This document shows, piece by piece, positions 55,201 through 64,000 of a stretch of 64,000 nt of DNA. The stretch is taken from contig OX597815.1 of the NCBI GenBank assembly GCA_951406725.2, positions 95,542,001 through 95,606,000 of the forward strand. Direction: 5' to 3'. The notes beneath the pieces were generated by a model. It ran no database searches. It saw nothing but the letters and a program-made list of their open reading frames with translations, and was not told where the DNA came from. The DNA is from Octopus vulgaris. Lineage: Eukaryota. The position numbers and the translations under genes are program-made. Every line of letters begins with the position of its first letter. The first letter of the stretch is position 1.

Positions 55201-58200
55201 TATCTAGTCTCTATGTCAGGGTAGTTTAAGAGTGTATTAGAATTCTAATTTTCACCACCACCACCACCATCACTATCACCACCATCTCTATCACCGCCAC
55301 CACCACCACCACAACACAACTACCACCATCCGCATTCCTGTCTCCATCATCATAATCGTCATTATCACCATATTTGTTTTGGTATGTAAATAGGTTTAGA
55401 AAAATACAACACACACATACGCCCGCGGACATTTGTGCGAGCATTTATGCTCAATCTCCGTGTTTGCTCAATATCATCTTGATAATCAAAATCAACATTT
55501 CGAGAAAAAATAGTTCTGCCAAATTAAGTGCATTGACCTTTTTATTTCATGGTAGCTACTGAACAAATGATAGTGAAATTACTTTCATTAAAATTCTCAA
55601 ATAATCGAGTGTAAAGATTAAATGTGTGCGCAGCCTAATAATATATGAACACATTGTTTCCGATAATGTCTCTACAAACAAGCCTACCTTTTTCATACAA
55701 ATTATATTACAAACCGCTTGAATACTTTATATCAGCAATCTTCGATTGTCTTAATAGCTATAATTTACATTATGAGCCTCGCAAATAAACACTACGCAAC
55801 ATTCATGTATTGTCACGTGTACCTCTTGCTCGATTTCACGAAAGATCAATATATCAATGTCAAATGTTTTTAGCGGTCCTACGATGTGAAGAATCATATC
55901 TTTTTGCTTGACTGCTTCGTAGGCATTCATAATCTATGTCGATTTTTCAATGATACACAGAGCACAAAGAACCGTTTTGATAGCGAGATAACTGTAAGTC
56001 GCGAGAAATTTTAAAAGCCTGAATTACTCGGTAATAGAGAACAATGGATGAATTACTGCAATGATATAAATATGTTAAGTGAAGGCATAATGCACAGCAT
56101 CAACCGAAAACATATAAGTAAAGGAAAAAAGTAGACCGTGTTCATATATGTTACCAGTATTTATATGTATTTACAAGTATGCGTATTACAAATAATTAGA
56201 TAATTAGAAACCTAAGCAAATGAATAATTGAAAAAGAATTACTATTATTTTATGCCGTTTTATTAGAAGATTCAATGCTTCGACACATAATACTCATATG
56301 AATTGCTAGAGATTAATTTATTTGACCTTGGTTATACTTTGTCATACATATATATCTGTATTTATATATGTGTGTGTGTGTGTGTGTGCTTATGTGTGTG
56401 CATGCATGTGTGCGTGCATGCGTGTGTGTAATTTAAATTAGCAGTTTGCAATTTTTTATTAAAATGAATTATAATTGTCACTAAATATTACTAAGATTTT
56501 AAAAATAGCTACATTGCTAGAAATAAGAGCTAAAACGCTCTAATGCTGTAGTTAACGCACATGAATGAAAACATATACAATGACAAGGGCCATAATTCTC
56601 CGAAAAACGCCGATCGAGAATTTTTAATAATGACGTCAGTTTTGGCAATTTCCGTTGCCTCATCAGTTAAGACCGCTTGATTGTTCAGCTTTTTCCGGAC
56701 ACTCTTCCCTATTAGAATTAGAATTGTATGATTCTAATTGTCACTAAATGTGACAATTATATATATATGAATACACACACATAGGAAAGATGTTACCATA
56801 TATACACGGTCGCAATATCGGAATCTCGTTAAACTCACTTGTTTCGATATTGCACACATAACACTGAATACATCTGTATGTATTTTGATGTGGATTATAA
56901 TGTAGCAGACGAATTATATAACACCCAAAGCAAAATATTGATGTTTCGACTGCTTCAACATTGTTTTTTTCTTATTGATATTATTAAGAATATTTATACA
57001 CAAAATCATCTCGTGATACCAAGAGACGATTTTGCGAAAGGATATGATTGTAATTGGATATGAATGTGCATGTGTGGGTGAATATGATCAAAATTATTTC
57101 ATCTTTATTGATTCCAGATTCCAGTGAGGAGGTTATTATTGTTGCCAACCAATACAAAGGAATGGAGTTATTATTTACAACGACTGGAACTAAATTTCGC
57201 ACCAATAAAATCTGTTTAGAATTTGAAATATTTATAAGTGGGGGCCGGGGTTTGAGCTTTAATTATATTTGTATGTATATAAATAGGTTTACAGTGCATA
57301 AAGACGACCCTTCCATTCCGAGAAGTAGGTATCGTCTTTCAGGCACACACTCACATTTACAATTGTGAACTTTAATAAACTTCGGGAATGTAAGCATGGA
57401 TCTAGTTTATTAATCCCACCTTCATTCTTTTTGGGGTAGGTTATTTAGAAGACATTCATTTATCCAATGGGAATTACAAATTAATCTATTAAGAAAAAAA
57501 CATCATTTCCTGATGTTGATTGCCCGTGTCTCCGTACTCAAACATGTTACATTTAAGAATATATAAAACTTAATATACGACTATGATATTATCATCGAAT
57601 AATCTCTTTAGCTCTCAGAGGTCATGCTAAAATACTAATCAACAGCTGCTTTGGTGTATTGATTTAAATACTCGTTATATAACTTAATCGAATGCATTTT
57701 TCTCATACAAGAATATGCGATAAAATTATACACCAAATATAGTTGCTGCAACCTGGTGAAGCACATCAGTCGATATTACACCGACGTCAAATTATATATA
57801 TTTCTTTAGGCTGCGCAATCTTCATCTTTCTAAATTACGTACATTTAAAATGATATATCAATAACATTACTCGAAGTTTCGTGTACAGTTTATCAGTCAC
57901 TTGCTTCAAATGAAATTTCTTCAAAGTAGAATTGTTTCAACAGCCACTTCTTCACCAAGTTCTACTTCAAACGCCCTTATAGATCTAAGTATCTCTATCT
58001 CCATAAAATGCTCTCACTCGAATATCAAACGCTTCCGTAAATGTTTTTCAGGTTTGATCAAATTTTCTTCCGACTATAAACAAATTTTTACCTTTACATC
58101 TTAACTAATCAAAACAAATCACATATTTGAAGCTTTGAAGCACCTCACTCTTCACAGCGGCCATCACTTCAAACATTTATCCAATTAGAAAAGGGAGAAC

Positions 58201-59064
58201 TTTTTTCAGTGATACAACTTCCGTAATCGATATATCAACAAATTCATACATACATACATACATACATACATACATACATGTGTACATACATACATACAAA
58301 CATACATACATGCGTGCATACATACACACATATCTATATCGATATCGATATACCCACAGACACAGACAGACAGACAGACGCACACACATACAAACACATG
58401 ACGTAAGGACCGGAAGATAAAAGAATAAGCTTAAATCATATATCAAGCTACATTTCTCTGCAGGTATCAATCTATGTAAATTGTATTATAACAAGACGTT
58501 TAATTTTCCTAGACTTCCAAAAGACTACACACACGCACACATACACACATACACACATACACACTCAGTATCACAAACATTCACGCATATATGTATACAT
58601 ATGTATATGCATTATGTGTGTGCGTGTGTGTGCGTTTGCGTGCGTGTGTCTATGTTTATACGCGCGCGCGTGTATATACATATGTCTAAATGTTACATAT
58701 TTATACACATAGTTTTATATACATAAAACGCATACGCTTCTATATAATTTTGGAAGGAAAAATAAGGCATATAAAGTGAATCTGGAATATAAAAAATTAT
58801 ATTTAAGTGTAGCGATTCGTACTTTAGCAATTTGGTTTCTAGACACACGGGTTAAAATTTCACTACGTGTATAATACGTAGTTAGGGAAACGCTTGTCTA
58901 TCACTAGATGAACATTTGTGAAGATGTATGTTCATATACAGAAGCAATATGTTACTAAAACCTTCGTTAAGTATAGAGCAATAACTAAGTAGAGTTAGAG
59001 CCTGACATCTACTTATGCTATCGAAATTAAGCATAAAGACACACGGGTGCCCTTGTGCGGCGTG

Positions 59065-59119
<55 letters not shown>

Positions 59120-59121
59120 GT

Positions 59122-59919
59122 GTGCATTTAAACACGAGGGAAATTACCATTAACAGGTAATTTTACACGCTAGAAGAAGCAGTCAAAACGACCGAAACCA
59201 CATTTACCTTGTAAAACTTTTACCTTGTAAAAGTTTTTATCATTCATTCTCTTCAAATATGCTCTTAAATGTGGTTTCCGTCGTTTTTGACTGCTTGTTC
59301 TAGCGTGTAAAATTACCTGTTAAAGGTAATTTCTGTTGTGTTTAAATGCACCCTATTTTGTATTGATAATATGTTGTCTATTGGCATTTTAGGCATGCTA
59401 GGCCATTGGTAGTTACATTTCTATAAATATTCGCTACCCTATATATTTAACGTATATGATTTTAGCTTTTCGAAGATCTGTTCGGCATTTTTCATTTACT
59501 ACCGACTGAAACTGCGTTTGTGCGGTGAATTTGAAAAATTATAACATATAATGATAAGACACCTGTTATTTGTCTCTAAATGATATATTAATGTTATGGC
59601 GCGGTTACTGATGAGAATTTCGCCTGGCAAATTATATTATTTGGTAAAAACATTTGAAACCTAGGTATAACCGTAAAACAATTGACAAGTTAAAAGTTTT
59701 TATCTTTCATTCCCGTCGAAATTGCCCTTAAATATGGTTTCGGTCGTTGCGACTGGTTGTTCTAGAGTGTAAAATCACCTGTTAAAGGTAATTTCTCTTG
59801 TATTTAAATGTACACTTTTTTATATTGCGAATATGTTGTCTACTGTCCTTTTATACATGGTAGGCCACTGGCAGTGGAATTTCTATAATTATTCGCTACC
59901 CTGTATATTTTACGTACAT
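59122..59919 (+). mobile_element. Non-coding hammerhead-bearing element with tandem and inverted repeats (Penelope pLTR-derived or retrozyme-like)
   Basis: Direct repeats 59229-59457 and 59692-59919. Inverted arm 59122-59206 against 59266-59351. Hammerhead motif at 59601-59674. Microsatellites on both flanks. Confidence 0.75.
59601..59674 (+). ncRNA. Type I hammerhead ribozyme motif
   Basis: gcggtta-CTGATGA-[41-nt imperfect stem II]-GAAAC-CTAG-GTA-taaccgt. Stem I is 7 bp with one G-U, stem-loop III is the palindrome ACCTAGGT, and the cleavage triplet is GUA. Confidence 0.8.
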
Positions 59920-59986
59920 ATATATCTATATCTATATCTATATCTATATCTATCTATTCATCTATCTATCTATCTATCTATCTATA

Positions 59987-60055
<69 letters not shown>

Positions 60056-60057
<2 letters not shown>

Positions 60058-60303
60058 TTCTTTACTACCCACAAGGGGCTAAACATAGAGGGGACAAACA
60101 AGGACAGACAAAGGGATTAAGTCGACTACATCGACCCCAGTGCGAAACTGGTACTTTATTTATCGACCCCGAAAGGATGAAAGGCAAAGTCGACCTCGGC
60201 GGAATTTGAACTCAGAACGTAACAACAGACGAAATACCGCTAAACATTTCGCCCGGCGCGCTAACGTTTCTGCCAGCTCGCCGCCATCTGCCAGCTCGCC
60301 GCT
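60056..60303 (-). mobile_element. SINE family A, full-length young copy
   Basis: Reverse complement matches 26032-26264. It sits between (TA)n tracts, and tctgccagctcgccgc is duplicated at its 5' end. Confidence 0.92.
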
Positions 60304-60419
60304 ACATATATATATATATATATATATATATCTGTGCGTGTGTCTGTGTAGAAGGTTGAAAAGGAAGACACGAGTTGATATTTATGGAAAAGTCAAGGTA
60401 GGAATTGCTAAAATAATTA

Positions 60420-60626
60420 ATTTTATAGAAAGCATTTCAGTCCCGGTTTCGGTCATTGAGACTTTTTCAACTGTAAGTATTGAAAACAATTACATTTTGG
60501 TAAAATTAAAAGGAAGCGTTTTAAAAGAATATTTGCACAGTATTCTTGTTTCTTCTTGTCTTTGTCTCTCTTGTTTACTTTTGTGGGTTCAAGGCCGTTG
60601 TAAATTCTTGGCAGAGAAGAAGAAGG

Positions 60627-60692
<66 letters not shown>

Positions 60693-60704
60693 TAATAATA
60701 ATAA

Positions 60705-60735
<31 letters not shown>

Positions 60736-61320
60736 AAGCAGAAGCAGAAGAAGAAGAAGAAGAAGAAGAAGAAGAAGAAGAAGAAGAAGAAGAAGAAGAA
60801 GAAGAAGAAGAAGAAGAAGAAGAAGAAGAAGAAGAAGAAGAAGAAGGGAGAGGAGAAGAAGAAGAATGTGGGTGTGCCATGATTGTACTAAGATGTTAAA
60901 TGATCAACTGCTCTGAAAGTGACTTGTGGATGGTGGTAGTGATTGAATTCTTCAGACATCTCTTTTGAATGCATTGTTTATATTATTTGACAAAGTGTTA
61001 TTCTAATCAGTAATAGTAGTCAAGTAAGGAAAGGGGTGGCGGAGAGGAAGAAGACGAAGAAAAAAAGGAGAAAGAGGAGAGAGAATAATAAAGGAATGCA
61101 GGTGATATAATAGTAGTAAGAAATACAAGAGTAAACAAGAGAGACAGAGACAGGCAGAAACAAGGAAAATGCCCGTTGTATCTGAATACTCTTTTACTCT
61201 ACGCAAATATTCTTTCAAAAACTTGTCTTTTAATTTTTTCAAAATTTAATTGTTTTCCATACTTACAGGTGAAAATGTCTCAATCACTGAAACCGGCATT
61301 GAAATGCTTTTTATAAAATT
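60420..61320. repeat. Diverged inverted repeat pair (~170-195 bp arms) around a compound microsatellite
   Basis: 60420-60585 is the reverse complement of ~61125-61320. This also shows as near-identical peptides in ORFs 60140(+) and 61003(-): LKEYL..LVS.CLCLSCLLL. Confidence 0.85.
60628..60865. repeat. Compound (AAT)n-(AAG)n microsatellite
   Basis: Read directly; explains the poly-N/R/S/I ORFs. Confidence 0.98.
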
Positions 61321-62440
61321 ATTTTGGCTTTTTATACTTTGATTTTTTCCATATACATATACATACACACACACACACACACGCACTCACACACAGAAAG
61401 ACACACACTCCCACGCACATACACACACATGCACACACACATATACTTTATCATGGAACCGTGAGAATGTGATCCCAACACCGTGGAGGCGAGTACGATA
61501 TGATGTTTCGTATAACGTTATTATAGACTTCTTTACATTTTGATAATGCTCCAAATTTAGTGTTTAGAACATTCTTCTTTACTATGAGCTTGCCGGCATT
61601 AGTACGTGTCCATAACATTTGTGCCATTAGCATAGAAACTACAGCTTTCTAACAATACCCCAAATGATATAGTATTTCACGGATTTCGTTTTTAAAGATA
61701 CGTCTCAAGGATTTTGTATAAATTTCCATTTAGCCTTTAGATATATTCTTCATTCGAAGTAGTCCTTTCATGGTTATTTTCACTTTTTCTCTCAGTTTTG
61801 CAGAAAACTCAACATTTGAGCCATTTACATAAAATGTATACTTTTCCAACAATCGTCCAGGATTTATCATTATTCATGGCTCGCTTCTTTGAAAGATCTA
61901 CCATGAAAGAGTTATTACATTTTGTTTATAACCGTTTCAACACGAAATGTGATTGTAAAATATCTTTTTGAAAGCGTTTCTATCATAACATTAAAATGAT
62001 TCAAAATGTTTCCAAGATTTGTGTGCATTGGTTTAAGCATCCACCCATAAACAATGACTTCAGTATTACTATAGTAAGTGACATTATCCAAGATAGTGCA
62101 GAGAGAAGACCTCGGTTGCACTTTGCTTACTTTCAGATTTGTAAATAACATAAGTTATTTGTAGCATCTTCAGACATTTTCACTCGTATGATTTGTCATT
62201 GGCAAGTTTTAAAAACAAAAGCATTTATATAATATATCACTATTGATAACCTTGAAGAATTTCTTTCTCACTAATTCTAATATAAAGCAAAGCCATCATC
62301 TATATTTTACGTCATATGTTTTATGTAAACAGATCAATCATTAATGAAAGGTACTTTCTACGACTTGGAACATCCTACATTTTATCACAGGTATAAATCG
62401 CGAATAATCTTGAAACTTGTAACAGACCTTTGATAACATA

Positions 62441-62850
62441 GGCGCAGGAATGGCTCTGTGGTAAGACGTTTTCTTCACCGCTACATGGTTCTAGGTTCAT
62501 ATTCATTGCGCTGCAGCTGAGGCCAGTGTGAGCTACTGAAGCTACAATTCGACCAAAGCTTTGTGAGTGGATTTCGTAGACGGAAACGGAAAAAGGTCTG
62601 TCGTATATGTGTGCGTGTCTGTATTTATATGCGTGTGTATATTTGTCATTGTGTTTTTCCTCGACCACTGCTTGACAAGTGGTGTTGGTTTGCTTACGTC
62701 CCCGTAAGTTAGAAGTTCAGCAAAAGAGGCTGATAGAATAAAGGCCAGGCTGCAAAAAAATCACTATAGTCGATCTGTTTCACTAGACCCTTGAATGTAG
62801 TGCCCAGCTTGGCCGTAGTCTAAAGACTGAAACAAAGAAAAGATGAAAAG
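62441..62850 (+). mobile_element. tRNA-derived SINE family B, full length (older)
   Basis: ggcgcaggaatggctctgtggtaag head, cttgtgagtggattt core, ttacgtccccgtaa, tail gactgaaacaaagaaaaga. Confidence 0.88.
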
Positions 62851-64000
62851 TAAATGGTATGATAAAATAGATGCATCTGAAAATAATTTTTACTGAACAT
62901 ATCTACAGATCATTTGTTATAGCATAATTTATTTTAATCATTACGGTATTGTATATTTACAAAATGAAAATTTATGTAGAGATTATGAAAACTGGTATTT
63001 TATTGTTTTGAAGAGCATTGTTCGGATTTTGTGTTATGAAAACATATTGAAGCCCCGTTTTCTCTGTGGTTCATACACATAAATATATGCCTCAATATGC
63101 ACCAGCTAAACTTAATTACATGTAGATATCAATGGCATGGTTTGTCGATTTGCAGAATTAAATTATTCCTTCATATCCAAATTCAATAATTTAGTAACAA
63201 CTAATAACTAATTAATTATATGATAGACACAGATCTTACTACCGTTCGAAAATGTATTACAGTCTACCACGAAAAACCAAATATTCAGTAAATTAATAGA
63301 TCAATAGGAAATAAAGACTTTTATTTATTCAAGAAGGTAGCTTTGTACACACAGTTTAGATTAGAATATTTAAAATAGATATGATTGACTGTTTATGGTT
63401 GCGAAAATCGATGTGTATGTTGAATATGAATTGCCATTCTTAAATCAGAAAACTGTCTTTGTTTAACGTTTGAATTAAAGTACATACTCAGTGCGGATTA
63501 TGTGTTGATAAACAAAGCAATTCGAAGCTGAATTTATCAATGTAAGAATGACACACATACACACAAACACACACATACACACACAGAGGCATGCATATGT
63601 AACACACACACACACACATATATATATGTGTCTATATATATACGGGGCTTCATTACGTGTGCATATGCATGTATTTAAATATGTTTCTGGTGGAGAACAA
63701 GGTAGAACGGCTTAGATAAGAAAACAGATTGATAGATGTAAATTGTATATTTGCATCTTTTTTGCCTTATATCAATTGAAAAGACATTTCATTGGCTGAT
63801 CATGAAAATATCTCTAAAGTCTGATTTTAAAACTGGATTTTGATGCAGTGAATTAGCGAAAAAGCAAGTCTATATACACTGTTAGAGCTCTTTTCAAAAC
63901 AGTGATATGTGATGTTGAATGAATGACTTATTAGCTAAATGAAAAGGTTGTTCTCGATTTTTATTCTAGTGCACGATTCTTATTTTCGTCGACTTATAGC

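Noticed and set aside
60140-60916. Longest ORF (258 aa) with poly-N and poly-R
   Set aside because: It is a read-through of an antisense SINE, a repeat arm and (AAT)n(AAG)n; not a gene.

Overview
AT-rich, gene-poor eukaryotic DNA dense in (TA)n, (CA)n, (AAT)n and (AAG)n microsatellites. The SINE families and repeat landscape look like those of an Octopus (coleoid cephalopod) genome; this is an inference from recognised repeats, not from a search. Nearly all ORFs in the supplied track are microsatellite artefacts or transposon relics. Recognisable elements are a mariner relic, several R4/Dong-clade LINE fragments, a near full-length decayed Chapaev3-like (CMC) transposon with a nested SINE, a CR1-like LINE, Penelope-like GIY-YIG relics, Helitron pieces and about four tRNA-derived SINE families. 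No intact gene can be named; a few minus-strand candidate exons may belong to an unidentified long-intron gene. The strongest unexplained signal is a set of type I hammerhead ribozyme motifs. The best one (59601-59674) has an intact core, a 7-bp stem I and a palindromic loop 3. It sits in a non-coding element with a ~463-bp tandem period and an inverted 5' arm, resembling a Penelope pLTR derivative or a retrozyme. All alignments and folds were done by eye.
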